12,599 nucleotides of DNA from Gloeobacterales cyanobacterium (GCA_038245785.1 JBBRSB010000053.1:1-12599); one strand, 5' to 3'. Numbered from the stretch's first letter, positions 1 to 9,111 are shown. Program-made: numbers and translations. Notes: generated by a model from the sequence alone, not told the origin.

Positions 1-320
1 AAGGAGTAACCATACTCTCGAGGACTAACTAATACTAGTTCTTCTAGTCGCTTGACATAGGCATTGCTGATGGTTTTGGGTCGACCTACAGGGCAATCAT
101 CCCAAAGGTAAAATTTTCCTACTTGAACCATAGAAATCCAGTAACGGGCGGTTGCATGAGAACATCCTAAAATGGAACAAATTTCAGATTGAGATTCTCC
201 TGCATCGGCTAAAAGCATGATCTCGATGCGAAGACGGTACTCAGGACGCAGATTAGTCTTCACATTTTTCAGCAAAAGCTTCCGCTGTAAAGCTGTCAGG
301 TACTGACCTTGGATTTTCAT
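1..320 (-). CDS. Helix-turn-helix domain protein resembling the N-terminal DNA-binding region of IS630-family transposases (runs off the window's left edge)
   Basis: Hand translation from ATG at 320 gives MKIQGQYLTALQRKLLLKNVKTNLRPEYRLRIEIMLLADAGESQSEICSILGCSHATARYWISMVQVGKFYLWDDCPVGRPKTISNAYVKRLEELVLVSPREYGYS, open to the edge. It has an HTH (ESQSEICSILGCSHATARYW), a GRP motif and SPREYGY. A GAGGGG lies upstream. Not in the ORF track. Confidence 0.75.
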   Translation of the reverse strand, partial: MKIQGQYLTALQRKLLLKNVKTNLRPEYRLRIEIMLLADAGESQSEICSILGCSHATARYWISMVQVGKFYLWDDCPVGRPKTISNAYVKRLEELVLVSPREYGYS

Positions 321-456
321 AGGAATAATTGCCCCTCATACTCTTAAACGTCATCTATTTAGACCAAACTAGTCTTTCTTTCTTGTCTACTTTCACCCTT
401 AATCAATAGTTCAATTTTCGCAAAAGTGGGTGTATTCCCTAGTACATTTCACAAAA

Positions 457-538
457 TTACGTAGATTTACGTAATAGCACTTAAGTGTTATTACGTAAGT
501 TCAGTAGAGTCAATCGAACGTAAGTATTCGGTTACGTA
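457..538. promoter_or_regulatory. Cluster of TTACGTA/ACGTA sites including a 32-bp near-perfect palindrome; candidate operator array between divergent genes
   Basis: TTACGTA at 457, 467, 491 and 532, and ACGTAAGT at 518. Bases 467-498 (TTACGTAATAGCACTTAAGTGTTATTACGTAA) are self-complementary except one G/T pair. Function is inferred. Confidence 0.5.
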
Positions 539-871
539 CTTACTACTTAAAGGCAATTGAGTTGCCTCAATAAGACTGGCAGCTAGGCGAACTGCATAGA
601 GATTACGCAATCCCTATGCCACCGGATTACTTGTCCTATTAAAGAGACATTATTCAAACATTCATGCCTAAGGAATCAACGGGAAAAAGTTGATTTAAGA
701 AAGAACAAGAAGTCCCTATTGATAGCTTTTGTCTTGATCGTGGATCAAATGAAAACTGGAGAAGCGTGCGAGGATTTCCTCACCGATTTATAGGTACGAC
801 ACCTGATTCTCTACAGCCCACAAACAGAACCAGCTTCTATGATGGAGTTAGTCCGTCTATAGCTGCTCTGC

Positions 872-1645
872 ATGAAGCTTACTCGTCTTGAACTAAACTC
901 CTGGCTGATCGAGATGGCAGGTCAAACCATCCTTATTGATCCTTGGCTCGTCGATCCAATGACTTTTTTTGATGCTCCTTGGCTCTTCAAAGCGACGCAT
1001 AAGAGGCCTCAGCGCTATACGCCGACCACCTTACCGAAGGTGGATTTGATCTTGCTCTCACAGTCTTTTGATGATCACTGCCATAAGCCAACGCTGGCCC
1101 AACTTGACCGCAGCATTCCGGTAGTGGCGTCGACGGCAGCTGCAAAAATAGTGCGGGACCTGGGCTATGTTCATGTAATCCCACTCAACGTATGGCAAAA
1201 ACATGTCCTGGCAGACCGCTTGGAAATTACGGCGATGCCCAGTGCACCAGCTACTTCTGGAGGGGAAAACGGTTACCTGCTGAAGGGTGAAGACGAAAGT
1301 TTATACTATGAACCTCATATTTACCCCGCGCACCAGCCAATAGCTTCCCAGGTTTCAAATTTGGATGTGGCGATTGCTCCTGTTGTTGGGCAACTATTCC
1401 CGCTCGTTGGACAAGTGATCATGGGGCCTCAAGAAGCCTTAGCCATGGTCAAAGCACTACGGCCCCGCATCGTCATGTCCACGGGCAATGGCGATGTCCA
1501 TATTGAAGGGCTCTTGATCAAGGGTGTTAAGTCTGTAGGGAGCTTTGAAGAATTTAGTACTCTTCTTAAGCAATCAGGTTTATCCACTAAGTTCTTGACG
1601 CCTCGGGGAGGAGAAACCGTAAACCTGGAAAAAGCGGTCTCATAG
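872..1645 (+). CDS. MBL-fold metallo-hydrolase (cyanobacterial/plant beta-lactamase-superfamily type)
   Basis: 257 aa with NSWLIE..ILIDPWL, LILLSQSFDDHCH (variant of HxHxDH), ENGYLL and LYYEPH motifs. Confidence 0.85.
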   Translation: MKLTRLELNSWLIEMAGQTILIDPWLVDPMTFFDAPWLFKATHKRPQRYTPTTLPKVDLILLSQSFDDHCHKPTLAQLDRSIPVVASTAAAKIVRDLGYVHVIPLNVWQKHVLADRLEITAMPSAPATSGGENGYLLKGEDESLYYEPHIYPAHQPIASQVSNLDVAIAPVVGQLFPLVGQVIMGPQEALAMVKALRPRIVMSTGNGDVHIEGLLIKGVKSVGSFEEFSTLLKQSGLSTKFLTPRGGETVNLEKAVS

Positions 1646-1713
1646 CGTTCGATGCATCCACGCTAATTCCATCTTTTAAAGTGGCGCGTAGCGGGAGTTC
1701 AAGCATCTCCGTT

Positions 1714-2454
1714 TCAGATTCCCGTGCTCATCACCATCGGACCACTAGCCGTTGAGGATTGAGTGGGTTCCAGGGTAACGACAAGGGGATTATGCGCTAT
1801 GTCATCATCCATCGGTAGCTTTACCAGAACACTTCCTTCTGCATTAGGGGTAAATTCGCCACAGGGTATTTTCTTGCTCTTAACTATTGCCCACAGGCGA
1901 TACATCTGTCCTTTTGGCAAGGGTGGCACATTAGTCAGAGTCAGCACCGCTTCTTTATCAGTAGGTGTAATCACCAGATTCCCTGAGGCCTTGGAACTGG
2001 GCGTTGAGCCTCTAAATGCAACCAAGCGCGTGTTGGCTTGATGGAGCATGGATACGATGGAACGCTGCTCAGCAAGCTGCGCTTGAGCCACCTGTAATTC
2101 CTGACGCAGGCGATAACTATCCAGGCCAAATACTAGAGCGGCTACAGCAGCAGCACTCCCTGCCCAGACCATCCAAGCTTTGGAACGGCGGGGAGGATAG
2201 AGAGAAAGGTCAGTCACGGTGGTCGTTTGTTGTTGGGCCGCTTCCAAAAGTTGGTTGCGTAGCAGCGAAGAAGGAACAGCCTCTGGGAGCGCATAGGGCG
2301 TCAAGGCCAAGGTTTCTTTCAACTGGCGTATTTCTGCTGCAACCAGCTCAGGGCGTTCCTGCAAAAGTTGGTCAAAATCTTTTTTCTCTTCGGGAGAAAG
2401 GTCTTCCAACACATAGCCTGCAACTAACTCTTCCCATGTTTCTAATGGCTGCAT
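1714..2454 (-). CDS. Anti-sigma factor, RskA (anti-sigma-K) family, single-pass membrane protein
   Basis: N-terminal anti-sigma domain (EELVAGYVLEDLSPEE, no Zn-binding His/Cys), TM segment AWMVWAGSAAAVAALVFGL, C-terminal PPLPKGQMYRLW...VTLEP..GP. It lies directly downstream of an ECF sigma. SD GAGGT. Confidence 0.88.
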   Translation of the reverse strand: MQPLETWEELVAGYVLEDLSPEEKKDFDQLLQERPELVAAEIRQLKETLALTPYALPEAVPSSLLRNQLLEAAQQQTTTVTDLSLYPPRRSKAWMVWAGSAAAVAALVFGLDSYRLRQELQVAQAQLAEQRSIVSMLHQANTRLVAFRGSTPSSKASGNLVITPTDKEAVLTLTNVPPLPKGQMYRLWAIVKSKKIPCGEFTPNAEGSVLVKLPMDDDIAHNPLVVTLEPTQSSTASGPMVMSTGI

Positions 2455-2514
2455 AGGGCTACCTCGTGAGGCTATGGGATCTTTTAAGCATCATCTCGTT
2501 GCGTATCATTCTAT

Positions 2515-3075
2515 TTAACCGATGAAATCTTTTAATATTTTGTTGAGCTTGAGCAGGCCCTGCCGTCCCTGCGTTTTGACGGTGCCCAGCGGTGTGTTTA
2601 ATTTTTGGGCAATTTCCGATTGGCTCATTCCTGCATAATAAGCCATCTCCAAGACCCGACGCTGGTTATCAGGAAGGGTTTTCATCGCCTCTTGAACGCG
2701 TTGGGCACGCTCTTCGACAGAAGCTAATTCCAGAGGTGTTGGGGCCGTGGGCATTGCTTCAAGGTTTTGTCCCCAGCGTTCTAGAGAACGATTCCTAGCG
2801 CCTTGAGAACGAATGCGGTCGATTGCTCTTGAACGAGTTAGGGTCATTAGAAAACTATTGAGAGAACCTCTTATCGCGTCGTAGTTTCTTTTTTGCCAAA
2901 GGGCCAAGAAGACTTCCTGCGTGAGGTCCTCAGCAGCTTGGGGGTCTGCAAGAATCTTGAGTGCTAAACGATAGACAATTCCTCCATAACGGTCGTAGAG
3001 AATACCAAGAGCTGAAGTATTGCCCATTTTTAAGGCATGAAACACTTCGGCATCCGTCGGGGTCGACAGGTTCAT
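2515..3075 (-). CDS. ECF (group 4) RNA polymerase sigma factor, SigK-like
   Basis: Region 2 (LYDRY..AEDLTQEVFLALW..RSRAIDRIR) and region 4 (LPDNQRRVLEMAYYAGMSQSEIAQKLNTPLGTVKT). I prefer the start at 3075 (MNLSTPTDAEV) over the ORF-track start at 3129 because homology begins there; the start is uncertain. Confidence 0.9.
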   Translation of the reverse strand: MNLSTPTDAEVFHALKMGNTSALGILYDRYGGIVYRLALKILADPQAAEDLTQEVFLALWQKRNYDAIRGSLNSFLMTLTRSRAIDRIRSQGARNRSLERWGQNLEAMPTAPTPLELASVEERAQRVQEAMKTLPDNQRRVLEMAYYAGMSQSEIAQKLNTPLGTVKTQGRQGLLKLNKILKDFIG

Positions 3076-3254
3076 GAGCGGTATCCTGCAGCCACGTACT
3101 TCATCAGCATAGATGAGCAGTCTTACCATCTAAGTCATACTCCAGACGACCGTCAAGGTCTGCTGGTCCATAGATATTAAACCGTAGCTATTGAGAGTTT
3201 GACAACGACCTATACACTATGGATAACCTTGGGGGTAAGCCAAGGACGCTTACA

Positions 3255-3280
3255 CTACGAATCTCAGCATTTAGTGGATT
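3255..3280 (-). promoter_or_regulatory. Putative ECF-sigma (SigK-type) promoter upstream of the sigma gene
   Basis: Minus strand reads AATCC-ACTAAATGCTGAGATT(16)-CGTAG, the same layout as the site at 4694-4719. Confidence 0.6.
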
Positions 3281-3305
3281 TACTCTGAATGTAGACCAGG
3301 CATGC

Positions 3306-4154
3306 TCATAGGAACCAACGTCCACCCGCCACAAGGTAGTAGGTTCCTGCAAGGAGTAGAGCCACACTGCCGAAGCGAATCACCAAATCCGAGTATTGCA
3401 GGATAGACCTTGCCTGCTTAGCTAAACCCGTAAACAAACTAGAGAAGAAAATGACTGCGGTATAGCCTAGGGCATAACTGACCATGGTCAGCGTCCCTAG
3501 AATTTGGGAACCTGTTGCCGCTGCCGCTGCTAAAACGGCAAACAGCACAGGACTGGCACAAGGAGAACTCACCAAAGCGAAGGTGAAGCCCACCCCATAG
3601 GGTCCAGCAATCGGTAGGTCCAAATTCACTTGGGGCAAGGGTAAACGGATAACCTCCAGCAAGCTCAACCCCATCAGGAAAATAATCAGCCCGACCGCAA
3701 GGTTGATGTAGCCTTTGTATTCCACAATCACCAGTCCAGCGAAAGAGGAGAAAAGGCCAAATAAGCTTAAGACGGTCACCGCTCCCAACACGAAAGCGCC
3801 AGCTTTCAGAAAAGCATCCCAGCGCGAAGCAATCTTGAGGGTGCCGATATAGCTTAAATTCACGGGCAGGAGCGCAAGAATGCAGGGAGAAATGCTAGCC
3901 AGAAGCCCTCCCGAAAAAGCCAGGGGCAAGAGCACAAAGGGATTACCCGTATCTTGAGTCTTGAACCATTGTTCATAGCTATGACCTACGTCCGCCACCC
4001 AATGCTCTATAGCTTGGGAAACAGGCCCGACCGTCACTAGACCGACAACCAAAACCAGTAGACCCAAGCTCCCATAGAGCAAAAGAGGAGATTTGGTTTT
4101 CTTAGAAGGCTCGGACTGGGAAGCTCTCGCCTCCTGTTCCTTCAGACTTTCCAT
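3306..4154 (-). CDS. ccdA: CcdA/DsbD-transmembrane-domain thiol:disulfide electron transporter
   Basis: Multi-pass hydrophobic protein with both catalytic PC motifs (ASISPCILALLP and SSPCASPVL). SD AAGGAG is 6 nt before ATG 4154. Confidence 0.88.
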   Translation of the reverse strand: MESLKEQEARASQSEPSKKTKSPLLLYGSLGLLVLVVGLVTVGPVSQAIEHWVADVGHSYEQWFKTQDTGNPFVLLPLAFSGGLLASISPCILALLPVNLSYIGTLKIASRWDAFLKAGAFVLGAVTVLSLFGLFSSFAGLVIVEYKGYINLAVGLIIFLMGLSLLEVIRLPLPQVNLDLPIAGPYGVGFTFALVSSPCASPVLFAVLAAAAATGSQILGTLTMVSYALGYTAVIFFSSLFTGLAKQARSILQYSDLVIRFGSVALLLAGTYYLVAGGRWFL

Positions 4155-4189
4155 CGCATGCTCCTTAAAAATGAGCGTGAGGACGCACC

Positions 4190-4660
4190 CTATTTCTTGA
4201 TTTTGGAAGCTACTGCATCGATAGCGGCAATGTAATCATCCTTATTCTCATTCCCTCGGAATTGACTCAGAATTTCACCGGTTGCAGGGTTGATAATCGC
4301 TACGGTGCCTGTACTTGCTTTGTTCTCTTTCAAGAATGTAACCAGTCCCATCCGTTTGGCATTGGTCTCTGCTTTTTGGGTAGCCGCCCGGTCTGTTACG
4401 TCAAGCACAACGAAGTTGACCTTATCTTTGTACTGTGTGCGCAGGCTCGATAGGGTAGGAGCAATCGCCTGACATGCAGGGCACCAGGTTGCATAAATAT
4501 CTACTACAGCTGGTTTCCCTTGAAGTTCTTTTGCTAGAGGTGCGCCGAGGGTGGCAGTGGTTGTAGGAGCTGGAGTCTGGGCATAGCTTACTAAAGGAGC
4601 CAGCGCTAAACCACCCAGGGTAAGGCCGAGCAAAAGAGAGGGCATAAAACGATTATTCAT
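4190..4660 (-). CDS. Exported thioredoxin-family protein (WCPAC)
   Basis: Thioredoxin motif VVDIYATWCPACQ and a signal peptide (MNNRFMPSLLLGLTLGGLALAPLVSYA-Q). AAGGAG sits 7 nt before ATG 4660, so this start is preferred over 4684. Confidence 0.88.
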   Translation of the reverse strand: MNNRFMPSLLLGLTLGGLALAPLVSYAQTPAPTTTATLGAPLAKELQGKPAVVDIYATWCPACQAIAPTLSSLRTQYKDKVNFVVLDVTDRAATQKAETNAKRMGLVTFLKENKASTGTVAIINPATGEILSQFRGNENKDDYIAAIDAVASKIKK

Positions 4661-4693
4661 AAATTCACTCCTTCGTAGATTCATCTACACGTT

Positions 4694-4719
4694 CTACGTA
4701 GTGGAGGTAAGACTGGATG
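4694..4719 (-). promoter_or_regulatory. Putative ECF-sigma (SigK-type) promoter upstream of thioredoxin-ccdA
   Basis: Minus strand reads CATCC-AGTCTTACCTCCACTA(16)-CGTAG, about 34 nt before the ATG. It resembles the CATCC...CGAA/CGTA promoters of SigK-type ECFs. Confidence 0.68.
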
Positions 4720-4788
4720 TATCCAATACGCTATTTGTCTTACAAATTCCGCCGTATTAGGCCCTAAGGATAGACCAGAGCTAATAAA

Positions 4789-6141
4789 TCAGCGCTGAGG
4801 TCTTTTGGAAAAGCGTGACGTAGACGGACGAGCATCAGCTTTACCATTACCTGCTGCTGCACTCGTTCTCTTGGGCTTCGTATCTGTCTGAGAGGATAAG
4901 GGCCTAGTCGTGGAATAGGGCTGTCCATTCCCCTGCCTTGGTCTCTGCTGGCGTCCATTAGGGATTGGTTCAGGCTTGGTATCCGGGTCGGGTTCAAAGC
5001 CAGCGACTACTTGCTGGGGTAACGTCTGCTTAATTAGCTTTTCAATGTCCGCCAATAGTTTATGTTCATCAACACACACCAGAGAGGAAGCTTCACCGTC
5101 TGCACCGGCGCGACCCGTGCGGCCAATGCGATGGACATAGTCCTCCGGCACATTCGGTAACTCGAAGTTGACCACATGCGGCAGGTCGTTGATATCAAGT
5201 CCTCGTGCTGCAATATCCGTTGCCACCAGTACCTGTAGGCTACCGTCCTTGAACTCTGCCAGCGCACGGGTCCGTGCCCCCTGACTCTTGTTGCCATGAA
5301 TAGCCAGCGCCGGGATCCGGTCTTCCGTTAACTGCTTAACCAGCCGGTCAGCGCCATGCTTCGTGCGCATAAAGACCAGCACCTGAGACCAATTGTGTTT
5401 CCGAATCAGGTGCGTTAGCAGTTGGCGTTTCTGCTCCCGGTCTACGGGATATACTTTCTGGGATACCGTGTCAGCAGTCAGGGTGCGACGGGCAATCTCG
5501 ATGATCGTTGGATGATGGAGCAGACCCGTAGCCAAGTCCTTGATTTCATTAGAGAAGGTGGCGGAGAATAGCAAATTCTGCCGCTGCTTGGGTAAAAGCG
5601 TCAGGATGCGGCGGATATCGCGGATAAAACCCATGTCCAACATGCGGTCGGCTTCATCCAACACCAAGATCTCAATGCGTGACAAATCTACGGTGCCCTG
5701 CTTCACATGATCCAGCAGTCTCCCTGGGGTTGCAACTAAGATATCGACACGGCTCTTCAACTGCTGGATTTGTGGATTAATACTGACCCCACCAAAGACC
5801 GTCATCGAGTTCAGCCTTAAATACTTACCGTATTCGCGCACGCTTTCTTCCACCTGAGCCGCAAGTTCACGCGTCGGGGTGAGAATCAGCGCCCGGATTG
5901 GCGAGCGTCTATTCAACGTTCCTTTCGTACTCTTGTCTGGGCTCTTGTGAGACAGGCGATGGAGGATCGGCAGGGTGAAACCAGCCGTCTTACCCGTGCC
6001 CGTTTGAGCACCCGCTAGCAAATCACCGCCCGAAAGCACGGCAGGAATTGCCTGTATCTGAATTGGGGTAGGTTCGGTATACCCCCGTTCATGGACAGCA
6101 CGAATAATTTCATCGGATAGACCAAAGGTTGAGAAAGACAT
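4789..6141 (-). CDS. rhlE: DEAD-box ATP-dependent RNA helicase, RhlE/CrhC type
   Basis: Q motif (GYTEPTPIQ), [35 protein letters not shown], and an RhlE-like GFEPDP..PEPI followed by a basic disordered tail. Start MSFSTFGL at 6141 has GGAG upstream; the ORF track starts at 6171. Confidence 0.93.
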   Translation of the reverse strand: MSFSTFGLSDEIIRAVHERGYTEPTPIQIQAIPAVLSGGDLLAGAQTGTGKTAGFTLPILHRLSHKSPDKSTKGTLNRRSPIRALILTPTRELAAQVEESVREYGKYLRLNSMTVFGGVSINPQIQQLKSRVDILVATPGRLLDHVKQGTVDLSRIEILVLDEADRMLDMGFIRDIRRILTLLPKQRQNLLFSATFSNEIKDLATGLLHHPTIIEIARRTLTADTVSQKVYPVDREQKRQLLTHLIRKHNWSQVLVFMRTKHGADRLVKQLTEDRIPALAIHGNKSQGARTRALAEFKDGSLQVLVATDIAARGLDINDLPHVVNFELPNVPEDYVHRIGRTGRAGADGEASSLVCVDEHKLLADIEKLIKQTLPQQVVAGFEPDPDTKPEPIPNGRQQRPRQGNGQPYSTTRPLSSQTDTKPKRTSAAAGNGKADARPSTSRFSKRPQR

Positions 6142-6274
6142 AGGACTCCGCGAGTAATATCGGCCTATCACCGTTAGCGGCGTCAGTCTCAGGCAGACAG
6201 ATAAAGGTGTAAAAGACTGGGTAGACTGTAACGCTAAGACTGAAAGCTAGTACTACAGTCACCCAAGTCTAACA
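6142..6274 (-). promoter_or_regulatory. Putative extended -10 promoter and structured 5' UTR of the helicase
   Basis: TG-T-TAGACT at 6274-6266 (minus). Hairpin GACUGUA/UACAGUC at 6260-6224 and hairpin GCCU..CGCCG-CUAA-CGGUG..AGGC at 6194-6163. Three CAGUCU direct repeats. Confidence 0.45.
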
Positions 6275-6316
6275 AAGAACACACGGGTCTATATTATTCT
6301 GCAGTGGAAACGGTAC

Positions 6317-6433
6317 TAAGCGGGTGGACTTAATTAAAACCCCCGGCTATCGCCGTCCCCCACCCTCCGGGAAGGCTACGCCTAGTGGCAAGGGGGACTA
6401 TAGGGGGTCTTTTTAATTCCACCTAACTACCTA
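6317..6433. repeat. Small MITE/REP-like palindromic element, copy 1 (with an extra insert in its loop)
   Basis: Imperfect terminal inverted repeats (TAAGCGGGTGGACTTAATTAAAA and the reverse complement TAGGTAGTTAGGTGGAATTAAAA). Internal stems ACCCCC/GGGGGT and GTCCCC/GGGGAC. Blocks of 22 bp (6338-6359) and 14 bp (6390-6403) are exact reverse complements of 9075-9096 and 9057-9070. Confidence 0.8.
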
Positions 6434-6442
6434 GCAGAGATT

Positions 6443-7837
6443 TTAACCTGTGGGATGAATCGGGAAGCAAGCAGTCTGATTCCGGACTTGATCAAACGTA
6501 TATTCTTTGGCTATCAACCCATTCTCATAAACCGTCACAAGCTTACTAATAGAAACTGTTTCCTTGGTTTCGGCTACCGTCTGGTATTCGCCTTCTACTT
6601 TGAGCAAGTCAAGGCGGCCTTTTTTGCTCCTCTTGCCTGGATCGGTGACTGGGTCTTTGTAGACAGAAATTTCCTCGCCATTCACCACCACTTGGCTACA
6701 TTTGACGGCGAATTTTTGGGTGTCGCGGTTAAGCTTTTGCAGTAAGGCTCCTCCCATTCCAAAAGCTACGTTCGTGATACTAAAACCCAGCTTCTCAACA
6801 GTTTCTAAGATTTCTACGAGGCTCTGCTCGTTGACGCCATCGCCTTGAATCACCCGCACATGGTTGAGCACTTTATAGCCCTTACTATTGATCATGCTAC
6901 CGAAGCGCCGATCTAAGATTTCCAGGACTTTTCCAACCACCGTCGCGGGGTCCCCTGAATCAGGACGAATCACGAGGGTGGCACCCGAATCTATAACCTG
7001 CTGACGTAGCTGTTCACCCCAAAGGTGATCCACCGCATTCCAGATGTCATAGGAATCAGAAACAACGGCAACTAGGCTACCGGGTTTTGCAAACTGGTTC
7101 AGCATATTTTGATAGGCGGCTGCTTCGCCTTCTCGCTGCCAGGCCGTAATCGTCGAATGTTCTGCTGCCGGAATGGAGTAGGCTGCCATCGGGTGCTGAT
7201 AGTAATGGTTGGCATAGAGAACGCCTTGCACCGTATCAGACCCTTGAAAACTGACCAAGTGAGACATCCCGCCAATCCCCGAAGATTCACAGCTAGAGAC
7301 GCCTCTAGCACCAAAATCATGGAGCTTAAAACCAATTTCTGCCTCTGGATCATCAGCAGTCTTGTGCAAATAGTTAAAAATAATCTGTTTCAAATGCCAA
7401 CTCTGGGTTGCGACTGTGGTGGGATACCAAACCCGCAGCAGTAAAGTTTCGAGCCAAGAAACCAGCCAAAAAGCTTTGGGGTCCGTAGATTCAATGGTCA
7501 TCAACACATTATGCGTAGGAACGACACTGCCCTCAGCCACGGCTCGAATCCGAATCGGAAGTTGACCTTTCAGATTCTGGGCAATATACATCCATCCCTC
7601 TTCGTTAAAGGGTTCGCCATGGGCTTGGAAGAATTGTTTTGCTTCTTCTACCATCCAGATTTCTACGGGTTGAGATAGATATTTTTTGAGGATATATTGC
7701 AGGCCAAAAAAGACCGTTTGCGCATACTTTCCTCCCCGACTTTCCAGATAGGAATAGATCGCCGTTGTTCCCGGAGGATACTGTAGCCAGTGGCTCGCTT
7801 TATAGGAATCAGTATCGAGAATAAGGTTATAGCGCAT
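6443..7837 (-). CDS. nadV: Nicotinamide phosphoribosyltransferase (NAMPT)
   Basis: Motifs DTDSYKASH, HDFGARG, SIPAAEHS, VSDSYD, IRPDSGDP, IQGDG, FGMGGALLQ and KRSKKGRL. It is adjacent to nadM. Confidence 0.93.
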   Translation of the reverse strand: MRYNLILDTDSYKASHWLQYPPGTTAIYSYLESRGGKYAQTVFFGLQYILKKYLSQPVEIWMVEEAKQFFQAHGEPFNEEGWMYIAQNLKGQLPIRIRAVAEGSVVPTHNVLMTIESTDPKAFWLVSWLETLLLRVWYPTTVATQSWHLKQIIFNYLHKTADDPEAEIGFKLHDFGARGVSSCESSGIGGMSHLVSFQGSDTVQGVLYANHYYQHPMAAYSIPAAEHSTITAWQREGEAAAYQNMLNQFAKPGSLVAVVSDSYDIWNAVDHLWGEQLRQQVIDSGATLVIRPDSGDPATVVGKVLEILDRRFGSMINSKGYKVLNHVRVIQGDGVNEQSLVEILETVEKLGFSITNVAFGMGGALLQKLNRDTQKFAVKCSQVVVNGEEISVYKDPVTDPGKRSKKGRLDLLKVEGEYQTVAETKETVSISKLVTVYENGLIAKEYTFDQVRNQTACFPIHPTG

Positions 7838-7942
7838 GGATGAACCCCTCGTTCAATAAAGTTGGTTGAAATTGATGGCCCTTCCTCTATATAAAAGGGG
7901 GCTTTTAGTTAGATTGCGTGATAAGTAGAGAGAACTTAGCTC

Positions 7943-8980
<1,038 letters not shown>

Positions 8981-9024
8981 TTACATCCTCTCTCCGAGGA
9001 CAAGGGTGAGTATACACGCTTTTC

Positions 9025-9111
9025 TGGGTAGTCAAATAAATTACATAGAAGACTCTCTATAGTCCCCCTTTCATGGGACGGCGATAGCCGGGGGTTCTGC
9101 CCACCTACCTA
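9025..9111. repeat. Small MITE/REP-like palindromic element, copy 2 (inverted relative to copy 1)
   Basis: Shares the exact 22-bp and 14-bp blocks with 6317-6433. Ends are TGGGTAGTCAAATAAATTA and the reverse complement TAGGTAGGTGGGCAGAA. Confidence 0.78.

Noticed and set aside
457..538. TTACGTA cluster as a CRISPR array or iteron set
   Set aside because: The units are only 7-8 bp with irregular spacing, and no cas or rep gene is present.
1049..1086. Non-canonical MBL metal motif (SQSFDDHCH) as a sign of inactivation or novelty
   Set aside because: An SQ..xDH.H variant is, as I recall, normal for this cyanobacterial/plant subfamily.
3200..3211. 12-bp TGACAACGACCT shared with 10805-10816
   Set aside because: A few distant 12-bp matches are expected by chance in 12.6 kb, and the flanks do not align convincingly.
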